64,000 bases of DNA from Bilabrum cf. latius (taxonomy: Eukaryota). Below, piece after piece: positions 50,701-63,877 of this stretch. The notes under the pieces were generated by a model. It worked only from the letters and a program-made list of their open reading frames with translations. It made no database searches and was not told where the DNA came from. Every line of letters starts with the position of its first letter. Within the stretch, counting starts at the first letter, position 1. The stretch is taken from positions 372,001 through 436,000 of the forward strand of contig OZ237772.1 of assembly GCA_965178125.1 (NCBI GenBank). Direction: 5' to 3'. The translations under genes were made by a program, and so were the position numbers.

Positions 50701-53700
50701 AGAGGAGACCACGTCAGAGCAGCGGTTCCCCTCCTCTGCCACCGGGTACGGTCCCAGCAGCATGAACAAGCAGGGCCAGGGCCAGGGCCAGCACGAGGCC
50801 AGGCGCAGGCCCGTGCTGACCATCCGGTAGTCCCCTTGGGAGGTCAAGACTGAGGACCTGGTGAGTCCTGCGTTCAGGGGGCGAATCCCGCAGGCGCTGG
50901 GGCACCACCATGCAATGCAGTCAGGAGGCACGAGCTCGTCGCAAGAGGGAAGCCGGGGGGGGCGCGCCGGCTCTGCGCCTGGGAATGGTCACCTGCGTGG
51001 CGTGGGGCCGAGCTCAAGCTCAGGCGAGGGCGGTGGCGGTGGATGTGGATATGCTGGGGCACACCATCCAGCGGTGGGCAAAGAAAGGGACTCTAGCTTT
51101 GATGGGGTCCCGTCGTGGACTGTGACGAGTGAGCGGCAGAACAGCGACTTGGACTAGGCGGAGCCGCTGCTAGGGGGGCATTCCAGTGCTCGTGCGGGGC
51201 CCGGGGCAGGCGTGGGCATTCTGGTGGCGGATGCTCGTGTGATGAGTGCGGGGTCAGACCGTGCGGGTGCGCCGCAGGGGCACAGCACAGACAGCAGCGG
51301 CAGCGGGAGCATGAAGGGAGCAGGAGCAGCGGCGCTAAAGGGGATGCCTCCTTCCCACCGGCGTGCAGGCGCCAGTGGCTCTGGGGATACAAGCACTGCA
51401 GGGTCTCTGCAGGGCGGAATTGGGGCCAATGCTGAGAGGAGGAGAAGGGGGTCGGGGACTGGCAGCATCGCTGTGAATGCCGGGAATGGGGCGAGCTAGG
51501 GCAAGCAGCGGGCGGGTTCGAGTTCGAGCGCGGCTGTCGTGCCTGCCGATAGCAGCGCGGCGGGTGCTGGGGTGATCGAAGGGGGCGGGCTGGCGGGCCA
51601 CTCGTCACACCAGTTGCGGGGTGCGGGAAGCTCGTTGGATCGCTCCCACAGCACCGAGAAGCAGCACACGCCGAGCGGGGACTAGACTGGGACGCAGTCG
51701 TCCGAGTCTGGACATGGACTGGGCGACGAGGCGGCGGCGGTGGCAGCTGCAGCCAGGAGTGTGGAAGAGGCAGAGGCAGAAGGAGTCATGCTCGCCAAAC
51801 CAGGGCCCAGCTCGAGTCGTGCCCGTCTGCTGCCGGCCCGTGGCTCGCACCGGTCAACCGGGTCCAGCTGTTCCGCGAACGACCTGGGTTTCTTCTCCGG
51901 TGAGGAGCCCAAGACGCTGGGCAGCGTGACCCGGGGTGGGGGCTATGCCAGCAGCAGCGAGACAGATATGGATGTGAGTGCAATGGCACTCATTGACGTG
52001 CGGCCTGCCATGCAGGAGGGCGGCTCCAAGAAAGGCTCCAAGTCTGCCAGCCCGAGGCACGGGCCCGGGACAGGAAAGTCCCTCCGTAGAACCCCGGGCC
52101 CGTCCTCCGCTGCTTCGGGGGCGTTCAGGGACAATGGCACGAGGCACAGTCCACGGAGAGTGGGGCGAGGGAACAACCAGGGAACAACAGGGAGGATGGC
52201 GCCCATCCATGAGGCGAGCAGCAGCAGGGGCAGCGGGGAGAAGGGCAGTGCCATGGGGGGGGTGTATGTGGCTGTCAATGCAGGGAACAGCAACGCGCAG
52301 CGACTGGCAGACAGCGCAAGTGCCAGCGAGCACACGACTTCGGCTTCTGGGGGGGCGGATCACGGCAGACTGAGCCCAGCCATCGGTGCACGGGCATCGG
52401 CTGGCAAGCGTGAGCAGGACCAGGACATGGGCGATACAGCGTACACGGGTTCGTCCGAGCAGGAGGGGGAGGAGGCCGCCGTGAGTTCTCTGGGGGAACA
52501 CAATGGCAGCAGGGTTGATGAAGGTGTGCTCAGGAAGAGGCTGGAGTCGGCTGGGTCCACCAAGCTTCTCGATATGACTGAGGCTGGAGATGGGAAGGGG
52601 GTGGGGCAGGTGGGGCAGCAGGGTGGAGAGGGGGGGGGAGAAGAGGAGGAGCGGGCCGCGGGGCAGGAAACCTCTGCCAAGTCCGCTTCCAAACCAGGCG
52701 TATCGCGCCCTAGGTGGAATCGGATGGGAGGCAAGGTCACCAGCTATGAAGGCACAGGGGCGGGGAGGGTGCACCAAGGCAAGCATGATGATGAAGATGA
52801 AGATGAAGACGAGGCGCGAGATGACTCGGAGCTGATGCGATCCGATGCGACCAAGCTGGGAGGCAGCATTGGCCAAAGCCAGGGGGCCCACGGGGTGAGG
52901 CAGGCCAGAGCCGAGCCGAAGGACCAGCTGGGATCCGACGTGGACCGAAGCCTGACAGACGATGAGGGTGAAGGGGAGGGAGAGGAGGAGCGGAGGGTCG
53001 TCGGGAGAACAGAGGAGGAGCCCAGGGGGGCTGGGTTCCTTGGTCCTAGATCGAGCGGGGGGATGGAATAGAGCAGGCAGCAATCTATCAGGCCCTCGAT
53101 GCAGCCCCGCGCGTTCGGTGGGATCATCGCGAGGGGCAAGAAACCGTCAGGGAACAAGGGCAGGCAGCACCACGTGGTGCACTCCCACTATGAAGGTCAC
53201 TCACACGGCGAGGGCAATGGCGAAGATGACGAGGAAGGCTATGGGGCGCTGGGTGCAGGGCACGGTACCGCCACCTCACTCACCATGAACGTCAGCAAGG
53301 CGGACACGGCCAGTCTGGTGCCCTACAACGACAACTCCACCATCAGCAGCCTGGCAGACGGAAGCAGCAGGGGGGTGGGGATGGGGGAGAGCGGGTACAC
53401 GGGCGCATCGCGCGGAGGCACACTACCTTCGCCGGATGCTCACGATCACATGCTCGCCCAGGGGAGGGAACATGAGCTGGACATCGCCACGGGGCACGGG
53501 GCGCCCGAGCCAGATTTTGTCCGTCATGATCTAGCTCTTGTTTCTGCGGCAGTGGGTGGGGATCGGGGATCTGTGGGATCTTCCACTATCAATGCACCGG
53601 GCGGGTCCATCGTGATTGAGCCAGCGGGGGGGTACAAGGCCCGGGGCAAGGGCGGTGCTGGAAGGGACCAGCAGCTGAAAGGGGGTATGTATCTCGCTGA

Positions 53701-54046
53701 TGACCGGTCCGGAGCGGCAGGCAGGGGTCAGAAGAAGCAGCAGCAGGGCATGAAAACCACTGCCAGCCGCATGCGACCGCAGGCCTCGTCCAGCTTTGAG
53801 GTGGGGGCCGTGAACTTTGCGGACATGACGGAGGGGCAGCTGCAGGCGCACGTCGAGGCGCAAGGGGCGGTGAAGGAACTCCGATCGGATCTGGCATGTC
53901 TCACGAAGCTGGTGGTTGTGCTCGCGATTCTGCTCGTGCTCGCTCTCGCTGCCGTGTTCGCCGTGCTCGCCCTTGTGGTTGGGCAGGGACGCGAGCTGGA
54001 TCAGGTGCAGAGCGATGTGGGAAGCCTGGCAGCGAGCAGTGGGTGA
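41734..54046 (+). CDS. Voltage-gated K+-type channel with cyclic-nucleotide-binding domain (EAG/HCN/CNG superfamily) and very long low-complexity C-terminus, ~3933 aa; join(41734..42116,42313..42402,42528..43132,43323..54046)
   Basis: S1-S3: WDVLL..FTAIALPYEIAF, DLVFLADM, YLSSWFWIDLISVIPYD. S4: LRMLRLFKLIKLLRVVRASR. Filter TIG-Y-GD is rebuilt across intron 43133..43322. C-linker and CNBD: MFIIQKG...G*IFGEEMIL. The last exon has 13 TAGs and no TAA/TGA over 10.7 kb. The channel core is secure; the full-length tail is less certain. Confidence 0.85.
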
Positions 54047-54192
54047 TTCAGACCAAATATATTTGTTTAGTACGAACCACTGCACTTGTACGTCAATCGG
54101 TGACTGCAGCCACCACTGGCACCGATGACTGTGATGAAGCCCGCCGGCAGCCGTCGCGGCTGCCCGGCGGTCATTGTTTCGATCGTGGCACA

Positions 54193-55452
54193 ATGATTGG
54201 GCGGCTCCCAGATAGACTAGACGTACGGCGCATCTAGAAGGCTGAGTAGTCCAGTTGGTCCCGAATAGATGCGCTGGCGTCGTCTTCGTATCAGCAAGAC
54301 GCTGCCGCAGAGGTGCAACGCGCCGTAGCAGCGGATACTGCAGCCCTACACGATTCAACTAGCGTACAACTAGTCGTCAGTGACATGCTTATTGATGCAA
54401 GTGTTCCTAAATCAGCGGAATCGTGTCGGTAGGATGTCATTCGGCAGTGCAGCGTGTCGTTCGAGCGTGCCTGCACAGTCTCCGAATCGCTGCGGTCGCC
54501 TGATGCACTTTTGCGAATCTTACCAGGTGGATCTGGGCACAAACTGCAGCACGTGCATTGGAAAGATGGCACAGATGCGATAGCTGGCGCAGATCAAGGC
54601 CAATTAGCCAAGCTCAAAGCTGCCCATATTCGGGCAGTCGTGTCCACTGTAAGCACTGTTGTATTCTAGCCCTTGCTCCGAAGTGCAATGGCCCTTGGTC
54701 ACAGTTAATGAATTGCTTTACTTGTGTCATCGCAGATTGTCGCACGTGGCCTGGTTGCCCCACCAGAGGCGCCGGACACGCCGCTGCACGGCCCGTCAAG
54801 CGCTGGATTCGCCTGGGCCTCGCTGCGTGAGGCGGCTTTGCTGCAGGGAATCAGCGATGCGCCGCGCGAGCTCCCTGACTCGCTTCATATGTCTCTATTC
54901 CCTGGTTTTGCGCTGGCGTGCTCGTGCCTGCGTCTGGCTACGTCCGTATCTGAGGGCGAGCACGAGGGGCCGCGCGAGCAGGTGCCCAAGGGCGAGCAAG
55001 GCATCGACGGGAGCGAGCAGTGGCAGGGACTGCAGCTACTCGGCGCACTTCCCCCGAGCACGCACCCCTCTCACTCGTCACACGGTACCACGCCGCTGCG
55101 GGGGGGCCTGGCAGCATGTCTCCTGGGGGAGTCCATCCACAGGGCCGGCCGTGGCAAACTGGAGGACGAGCCTATGCCGGGGCGGGGACACGGGCCGATG
55201 CACGATGGGCGCACTGAGGGTGCTGCAGCACTGCTGCGGTCGTGCGGTGCGTGGCTGGGCGTGCTCGGTGCGCTCGTCACACCATCGAGGCAGGAAGTGC
55301 TTGGGCTGGGGCTGGGTGGGCTGTCGATGGCCGTGGACGTTGGCTTGCATGATGCGGGTGCTGACATCCGTGTGGGTGCGGGGTCGGCTTAGCTATCTCT
55401 CCCTCAGACTGGGACTGGGGCAGGCCCATAGATGGAGGGGTTGCGGGCTGTA

Positions 55453-55485
<33 letters not shown>

Positions 55486-58400
55486 CGCGTGCTGTCGCAG
55501 TCAGAAGCAGACGAGGATGCCCCGCTGGAAGATGCAGATCTGTAGGGCAGTGCCTCAGGGAACAACGCATCAGGGAACAGTGTCTCAGGCATGGGCATGT
55601 TGCCCTGGCGGTGTGCGGCTGCGGTTGCAACCGGATGCATGCCGGCCCGTGAGGCAGCGAGGGCCCTCGGCTGGCCCGTGGCTGCGGGTGGATTCGGGGC
55701 AGGTGTGACGAGTGATGAGCAGCAAAAACACGCGGGAGGGGCTGGTTGGTAGCTTGGGTAGTTGGCAGGGTCTGGCCCAAGCCATGGACCAGCGGCCCGC
55801 AGCTAGAGCCGTGCAACCGTGGGTACCGTGGTAGCTGCAGGGGCAGGGGCAGGGGCAGGGGCGGGAGGAGGCCCCACCTCTGGCGCTGGAGGGGATGACG
55901 ATCCGGAGTTAGAAAGGAGGGGAAGCGTGGGCCGGCTCGTGCGTGCGGCTGCTGGCACCCCCTTGGCGCGGTTTGGGAGCAGCGGGTCCGTCTGGAAGGA
56001 GGGAGGTAATAGAGAAGGGGGGATTGGGGGGAGCAGCAGAGTGGCCCCTGGCAGCAGGGGGGGCACCCCGAGCGGCAGCCCTGTCCCCCTCCCCATCATG
56101 GGGACATCTGGTACAGATGGCGAGTATGCTGGTGTGACGAGTGTGCCCAGCGTGCGTACGAGTCTCCGAGCAGCACTCGAGGCCTGCCAGGCCGGGGCAG
56201 AGGGTGGATCTTTAGAGGGGGAGAAGGCACCTGGCACTGAGGGCGGCACCGGCGGCAGCGGTTCAGGTGCCGGCGGCAGCGCCGTGTCAGAGTCGGATGT
56301 GCTGGACAGTGACACCAAAGCGGTGGACACAGCATGTCGGGTCATGCTGGTTGCTTCGTGCCTGGAGCATGCTTCGTTTGCCAGCCTCGCAGATGTGCAA
56401 GTCCAACAAGTCCAACGGGCCGGGAGTCAGGTGGACAAGGGGGGCGGTAGCGGAGCCCAGGGGGAGTTGGATCAGCGATTTTCGCTCGACTGGCGGTGCG
56501 TTGCTTCGTGTGCGGATGCGTTGGTGCACTGCACTGCACTGCGGCTAGAGGCCGGCTGGGAGGAGGGAGCCGCTCGGCTTGCAGAACAGGCGCTTGAGGT
56601 CGTCGGTGACGCGCAAGCTGTCTTGCGTGATGGGAGTGCTGCAGGCGCGGATGGTGGTAGCTGGATGCAGCAGGAGGCGATGGATCGGATCGAGGGCTCC
56701 CTGTCCTAGCTGCGGGGCACGATCGGGATGGGCGAGGAGCTGGGGAGGGCGCTGGCGATGGTGGGGGGAGTGGTGGATGCGAGGACTGGCGGAGTGGTGG
56801 CAGGGGGAGGTGCCATCGTCGGTGGGGCGCCGTTCGTGAGGCAAGACACCGCCGAGACGCTGCAGCCCGGAAGCAAGCAGGGTTATGTGTCCGTTGAGCG
56901 CGTGGACTCGTCATCCACCCCTGTGACCGAGCTAGCCCGCGGCAGCACTGTGTCTTCTGGTGAAGCCAGGGAGGGTAACCAGGGAACACAGGTCCAGGGA
57001 ACACGTGGCCTATACGGCACAGTCGAAGATAATGACGACTCGCAGCCGAGCAGCAAGCGCAGGCGTGTTGGTGGCCCCAATTTGGCCGCGTCCGCCCGAA
57101 TCTCGGTGCCACCCGAAGCAAGCGACGCAGTGGGAGGGTCTCGAGGCAGGGAGGCAGCCTTTGCAGCGGCCCGAGTGCTGGCTGCCTTGAGACCTCGCCC
57201 AGGGGCGGGTGATCCCGCCGCGGTAACTGACGGCTTGCCTGTTTCCGACGTGGGTGGGATTACAACGGGTGCCACAGCAGAGATTGGTATAGGGTCAGCT
57301 TGGTCTGACTGGACTGTGGCAGACGAGATGGAAGTGCTCGTCGCGGCATCGGCCGGGGAACAAAGCAAGCTGGCCAACGTGGCGCTGGGGGCGCTGCAGT
57401 ACGCTGCAGTTGCACTTGCGCGGGACGAGGCCGATGTGCGACAACAAGCCGGCGCCCCCTTGGACGCTAGGGATGCGAGAATGGGCGGTGCTGGATATCC
57501 CAACACTCGGTCTGTGATACAGGGCGCGCTGCTTGACCCTTTGACGAATTCTAGCGGGAGCGGTAGTAGTCAGTCTGCCGGTGCGTACAGCATTTCATTC
57601 GGGCACCTGCGGGATGGTGCTCTGGGCCATGCGATGCGTGGGCTCAGGGAACAAGTGGGCGCCATGCTGGACCAGACGCGGGCGGCCGCGTTGAAGAGGC
57701 GCGCTGCCACTGTGCGGGCCAAGAAGAAGATGAAGATCAGCCAGCAGAGTAAGAGCCAACAGTAGGACGGGGGCATGGGAGGAGGAAGGCAGCAACGGCC
57801 GAAGGACAGCTCGTCTGCCCAGGCTGGGGAACACACGAGCGGGGATGGGTCGGGATCATCTGGTGATGCGGGTGCTCATGAAGCGAGCGGGACCAAAGCG
57901 AGCAGCAGCAGTAGTGGCAGTAGCGGTGCAGATTGCACCTCGTATGGTAGGTCAAGGCGCAACCGCCAGCTGACAACTCGGGCGGCGCAAGCCCGTATGG
58001 CGGTGGGCAGCGAGAGCGAGAGCGAGGGGGATGGGGATGGGGAGGGGGAGGGCTCATCTGGCGGCTCCGAGTTCGGGGGCGGGGGGTAGGGCGGTGGCGA
58101 TGTGGAGGACGACGAGGAGTTCGATGAGGAGGACAGCGACTCGGATGATGAGTATGGCAGTCGCAGGAACAGGGGCAGCAAGCGGGGAGGGGGTGGCAGA
58201 AAGAAGGAGGGCGGCAGGGGCAGGCTGGTGCCTGTCGCTGGCCCCCTAAGTGGGGGCGAGGCAGACCCCCACTTTGCCCTGGGGGCTGGTGGGGGGGGTC
58301 GGGCTCGGCGGGAGGCGCAAGCTGGTCCCGCAGACTGGCTGGGGAGCAGCAGTGCGATGCACGCAGAAGCAGCTACAGGTGTAGGCGTCGAAGACGGCCC

Positions 58401-60378
58401 ACGTCCCAACCGCGACACCTAGCCGGAGCAGGAGGAGGCGGCGCTGATGGACATGGCCGCGAGGGTGCAGCGGGGACTGGAGCTTGCCGTGGAGGAGGCG
58501 GTTGACAGGTAGGGCGGGGCCGCTCGCCTGCTGATGGGGGAGGAGGGGAGGGCGGTGAGGGTGCTGCTGGCGGGGATGGGCGGCGGATCAGACAGAGGGG
58601 AGGAGGAGAAGGTGAAGGTGGTGGGTATGGTGCAGCTGCTAGTGGGAGATATACAGAGGACAGCAGTGCGGCTGCGAGCGTTAGCGGCTCGTTGCGGCGC
58701 TGGCACATCTGAAAGCTCTGGCAAGGGACGTGCCAGGGAACAAGCCGGACCCAGCTGGGGAACAGCTCTCGGTGATATGGCAGCGGTCATGATGGGGCTG
58801 TGCAGAGACGTGTAGCCCGCGTGTGGAGGTGCCAGTGGGGCTGGCGGGCCTTGGTCTGGGACGCAGGGCGGTGGCAAGGCTGGAGGAGATCCGCCTGTAG
58901 AGTCGCTGCATGGCGCTGCAGGGGCTGCTCGTCGTGCCGTGTGGGCGATGCGGCTCCTTGCCGGTGTGACGAGTGCAGCGGGACCGGGCCCTAGTGCCGT
59001 TGTCAAGAGCAGCGATGAAGGCTGGCAGGAGCAGCTGGAGGCATAGAAGAAACCGCCGGGTCCAACTACCCTCACCCTCACCCTCACGTGCGAGCGAGTG
59101 TCCCGGTTAGCCGTTCGCGCCCTTGCGTCCATGTGCTGCCTGTGTCAGGCGGCGCTGAGTATTGCTCCGATCGACGGTGAGGCATCATCGCACGGGCTGC
59201 TGGATGGGTGGGCTGAGATGCTGCAGGCCGGCGCGGCTGCCTGTGGAGTGCATTCCATTGCAGCGCAGGTTGTGTCCCCTGATGACGTGGCGGGTTTGGT
59301 GGGCGTGTCATGTATTGCCACGGGTGCATCGCTGATGCTCGCGGGAGTGGGCGATCAGGAGGTGCCGGGCCTTCAAGTTGGTAGTGCCAGCTCCGGTGCT
59401 GCTGCCTCTGGAGTTGCGATTGCGGGGAGCAGCAGCAGTGGAGCAGCACCCCACCGTAACGGCAGCAGCAGCAGCAGTCAGCACCTCATGGCTCGATGCA
59501 TGGGAGTCGCAGCGGAGAGTCTGGGCGACCGCATCCGCAGTGCACTGCAGGCCAGCGTGACGGGAGGGGCTGCAGCGGGCAAGAGGCCCGGCAAGGGACT
59601 CGGAGCCAGATATGTCCGCCGAGAGCTCGTGCTGTGCGCGGAGCAGTGGAGCGGTCTGGCTCGTGGAGCTGCCGCCGCGCTCGCATGGCTGGGTGATGGT
59701 GAGGATGTGCATGGTGAGGATGTGGATGGTCAGGAGGACGAGGGTGAGGGAGAGGGAGAGGGAGAGGGTGAGGGGGGTGCGGGAGGTAGTAGCAGCGGTG
59801 GGAAGGTGGGCGCAATGACCGGCGATGGTGACCTAGGGAACACAAGATCGGATCAAAGAATTCCCGGGGTGCTTCAGCTGCGTCGGGCGGGTCTGCTTTC
59901 TTTGACCGGGGACTTGGCGGGGGCTTCGCTTGCTGTGGATGCGTGGCTGGTGGCTGCGGCGGGTGCAGCGCATGAAGGTGCAGTTGATATGGACTGGAGC
60001 TCGGGCATGGACTTGTGGTTGCATGTGCGAGGGATCGGGGAGAGGCTGGTGGCTGCGGCGGTGTGGGCAGGGGGGGGGCGTGTCGGCCGGGTACGTGAGG
60101 CGCTGGATCAAGGGGGCGGAGGCAGGGGTGCATCTGTTGGTGAGCTGATCGATGGGCTGATGTGCCCTAGACTGCGGGTGGTGGCGGCAGAGTCGGCTGC
60201 TGACTTGTTCCAGTGCCGGGCCTCGAGTGATTCCAGTGGTGCGGTGGCTGGTGGAGTTGCTGCCGGTGGTGGTGCGGGCGGCGGGGTGGGCGGGGGCACT
60301 GAGTTGACACAGCCTGTGGCAAATGCGCTGCTTCTTGCTGCGGCTGCTGAGGGCTCCGTCACCGCGGGAGACGGGTGA
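54193..60378 (+). CDS. Hypothetical Ala/Gly-rich, probably alpha-helical protein, ~2030 aa; join(54193..54648,54736..60378)
   Basis: ORF pieces 54454, 54724, 55819, 56728, 57775, 58102, 58534 and 59098 share one frame and are separated only by TAG (~16). The single in-frame TAA falls inside a GTAAGC 54649..CGCAG 54735 intron. Ends TGA. No family recognised and the start codon is uncertain. Confidence 0.7.
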
Positions 60379-60392
60379 GGTCTCGCGGTCGA

Positions 60393-60393
<1 letters not shown>

Positions 60394-60428
<35 letters not shown>
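60394..60428. repeat. (CTG)n trinucleotide microsatellite, ~11 units, downstream of the 54193-60378 stop
   Basis: Seen directly in the sequence. Confidence 0.9.
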
Positions 60429-60429
<1 letters not shown>

Positions 60430-60575
60430 ATAATTCCGGATAGAAATTTGTCTCTGCTGTTGCGGTGCTCCACGGCCTGCATTGGTGGAAAAATTAAGTG
60501 GTGGTATTATAACTGTCGAATTTAACGGGTATGTTTGATTAACTGGCTAAGTGACCAGAGCGAAGTAGTCGCAGC

Positions 60576-61431
60576 ATGGCTGCAGCATCCAGATCAAGTG
60601 GAACTGTTTTGACAACGGATCAAGTGGAAGCAGTGAGTGGCCTCCCTTCTGTCAAGTTGGCACATTCACCCGAGAAATATTCAATGTGGCATGTCCGTTT
60701 GCTTCGATTAGCCCTTACTTTGATGTCTAGTGGAAATAATCTTGCAACTAAAGATTCTTGATCGGCGCCGAACCACACTCGAGAGACAACGCTGTTACAG
60801 TTTGGCGACGTCTCTCCAAGCCCAACCTTCACAGGCAGCTGAGCGCGCACTCACAGGATTAGCAAAGGGGGGCGAACTGAGGTCCGCGCTGGCCTCGACG
60901 CCGTTCCGATCAGAGGAGCTTGAGGCGCTGGTGGACGACCTGGGCGCGCCTTCCTGCCGCCGCATCATGGTGCTATCATTTGTGCGCTTCTACGGACCCA
61001 CAGCGCTTTCCAAGGCATTCGTCGCGGCAGATGCGGATGGCAATGGAGCGCTGGACGAGGACGAAATCGGCAGCACGCTCGTCGCAGTGATGCGCGAGTC
61101 CGTGGGCGCGCTGAGGAGCGTGCTCCTCACGGCACCGGCGGAATTTGCAGCTCTGTGCGAGGAGGTGGGCCGCGAGACGGAGGACCCTGCGCCCGCGGCT
61201 TTGCAGAACCTGGGCTTCCTGCAGAGGGTGGGGGGTGACCTTCCTGACTTCACCAGGATCAGCCTGCCTGTGCCTCCAAGAAGCGTCACGAGCGCGTTTC
61301 TGAGCGTGTTTGACGCGGATAGCAACAATACGGTCGATGCAGAAGAGTTCGCATGCATGGCATGCGCTTTTTTCTACGCTGCCTTTGCTGTAGCAGTAGA
61401 TGCCGCGCTGGAGAGGTGCGTAGCCTCCTGA
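60576..61431 (+). CDS. EF-hand calcium-binding protein, ~217 aa; join(60576..60632,60835..61431)
   Basis: Two EF loops, DADGNGALDEDE and DADSNNTVDAEE. Candidate intron GTGAGT 60633..CACAG 60834. Ends TGA; no TAG. Confidence 0.7.
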
Positions 61432-62221
61432 CTTAAACTCCCGCATGAATTTCGATACAACAACGTCCTTGGTGACTGTATGAGCACTCGTACTCTAGGT
61501 GTCTGAGCAATCAATAGGCTCGTCAAGATAGAATCGTGCAACAATAAGCTCCAAAATTTGATCGTATCGTAATAAACTCTGGTAGCACAATGTTGATTTT
61601 ATTTTTGAAATCTAATTTGAAGAAAATGACATCCGATGGGGGGCTTCTCGGAGGCACCAACTCTGCCAACGGTTAGAAAAAAATTGAGGTTCTGGAACGT
61701 TCCCTTCGTTTCGTTATCGATCATCCTGCGAGACAATTAATTAAATATACCGTGGGGTTACTGAGAAAATGTGGTTTAATTCTAGCTCAAGCAAGTGTTG
61801 GCCCTCCAGATACAACACCAAAACACGTGAGAACGTGTATGTTACCGCCGCCAAATGATTTTTGTATGCATGTTATAAGTGTTGGCTGTAGTTGGTAATT
61901 TTATACGTGGATGCGTCTAGCAAATGGCCGAGCAGAGTGCGGATCCAGCCTGTGAAGCCGTTCTCGGGCCATTGTGCTCGGCAGATCGTAACCGCAAAGA
62001 CCAATATGATCAAATACATCAAATTGGTTTGTCTGGGGTGCAGTGGTAGTGCTTGCAGGTACTTTGGGCAATGGACCTTTGTTTGAAGTTTCGTGCGACC
62101 TCGATTTGCCCAGTGTGGACGGAATTTGAATTGGTCCTAGTCGCTCCACTTCGACCATTTAATGTATACCCTTCTCAATTTGTTGATCGATTTCGGCTTG
62201 CACAATTGCGCAGCTGCAAAT

Positions 62222-62537
62222 ATGTCTGGAGCTGCTGCTGGAGGCGCTGGTGATTCTGCACCCAAGGCTGGTGACAAGGCTGATGCCGCGAGCACTTACC
62301 CCGCCCCCAAGCTTGGCGAGGGAGGTGATAAGATCATGAGCGAGCGAATGGCGGAGGTCCACGCGGTGAGAAATAGAATATTGCGTGGCTCCTCCGAAGC
62401 AGAGGAACGTGGCAATGCCTTCGGCAGAGTATCTCCTCGCTGAAATTGAAGCATCGTGGTACATTATTTGAGATTTGTTTAATGTTTTCTTCCGTGCCCT
62501 GCAGGATCTGTTCAAGAGAATCGTTAGGTTCTTGTGA
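62222..62537 (+). CDS. Small hypothetical protein, ~58 aa; join(62222..62365,62505..62537)
   Basis: Codon-biased ORF MSGAAAGGAGDSAPK...MAEVHA, then GTGAGA..TGCAG intron, then DLFKRIVRFL-TGA. Confidence 0.5.
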
Positions 62538-62780
62538 TGTGGCCATTGCCTGAAGTCGATACATCTGTGATTCTGCAATTCTGCTTCAAATCCAGTTCAT
62601 GCAAACGAATTCGTCGGGCATGAGTTTTCCTACTATCGGAAATGAAACGCATAGGCCAGTGGGAATGACCAGCACTGGTGCTACTCGATAAACTGCAGCA
62701 CATTCTCGCGAAATATACTCCACGAGCAGCGTATCAAAGTGTCCACATGCGAAAATGTAAGAATTATCATCATGAGCATG

Positions 62781-63877
62781 TCACTCAGGTTCCCCTGAGC
62801 CTCCGGCTCGCTCCTCTTCCTCGTGGGCCGGCACGCCCTCTTGGTCTAGATCTGCCCCACTCCTGGAAGTCCCTGCCAGCCTGAGTGCCCTGCTTGCAGC
62901 TTCCAGTCGCTGCTGCCTGCGATGCATTGCAGCGGCAGCAGAAGGGGACATCGCATCTCCTCCATCCTCATCCCCGTCCCCTTGTCGCTATGCACTGCCT
63001 CCGAGTCTGTCCCCACTGGCAGTAGTACCGCCCCTCCCCTCTCCGCTGTGGATTCGCCTTGCGGGGCCTTCGAACCCCCCCTGTACCGCCCGCCCCGCGG
63101 TACCCGCAGAGGCGCCGCTATCGCCCAATTGAGCCTCGTGCAGTAGTCTAGCGCGCTCCGCGGCTGCCTGTTCCTCCACTGAGAGGGAGCCGTCCCCCGC
63201 GCCTCCCTGGCGAAATCCTCGAAAGTGGGAATCTATGTCAGATGCCTTGAGCGCCCCGATCATGTTGCGCCGCTGCTCGTCCGTCAGCTTTGAGTCGGCT
63301 TGATTTTCGGAATAGTCTAGCGTCATGAAAATAAACACGATGATTCCGACTAGCACAAGAGGAATTCGGAACATGCCTCCATAGTATGGGCCCAACAGCC
63401 ACCACGCAGCCCCGAATGCCCCAAGTACCAACGCGTTCTGCGAGTCAAAACAAGAAAAGGCAAGCTTTGAGTTCTAGCTGAGTGGCAAGCGTCTGTCCCT
63501 TTACCTCTGCGCAGTTGCACTTCGTACTGTGTTTCAGTTGAACAGGCACAGCTCACCAGCACGTTTATCCTGTTCCACAGAAAAGATTGTATAGCCTTCC
63601 AGTGCTGACCAAGATCGGACCACGCTCTGGACAGCTTCCTTTGCTTCTTCGCTTGCTTCTTGGCGGCTCTCGCAGATGCAACCGCTTCAATGCGTTCTTG
63701 CACCAGTGCCTACCTTTGCTCCTGCTCGCTTGGAGCATGCTATACGTTTCCCTCGATTTCAGCCTATCTTTTGGCAGCTTTCTCTTGCTACCTTCTTTTT
63801 CTAAGCTAAGCTAGCTCGCGCTTCAAGTTGCTATCTTTGTTCCGGACCGGCACGCCGTTCACGATTCTGGGAAACAT
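62781..63877 (-). CDS. Hypothetical 2-TM membrane protein with N-terminal coiled coil; complement(join(62781..63437,63557..63877)); may have an upstream exon
   Basis: MFPRIV...ELA*LRKRR*QEKAAKR*AEIEGNV*HAPSEQEQR*ALVQERIE. Intron GTGAGC 63556..CGCAG 63438. Hydrophobic hairpin NALVLGAFGAAWWLL...IPLVLVGIIVFIFM. Six TAGs; ends TGA 62781-62783. Confidence 0.65.

Noticed and set aside
31477-53083. Long antisense ORFs in the track (e.g. 31477-32688, 45893-47131, 48320-49360, 51854-53083)
   Set aside because: These are shadow ORFs of GC-rich coding sequence on the opposite strand, with no recognisable motifs.
61432-62221. Possible gene in the AT-rich interval (ORF 61901-62158, minus strand)
   Set aside because: No codon bias or motif and no consistent splice model. 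Treated as intergenic or unresolved.
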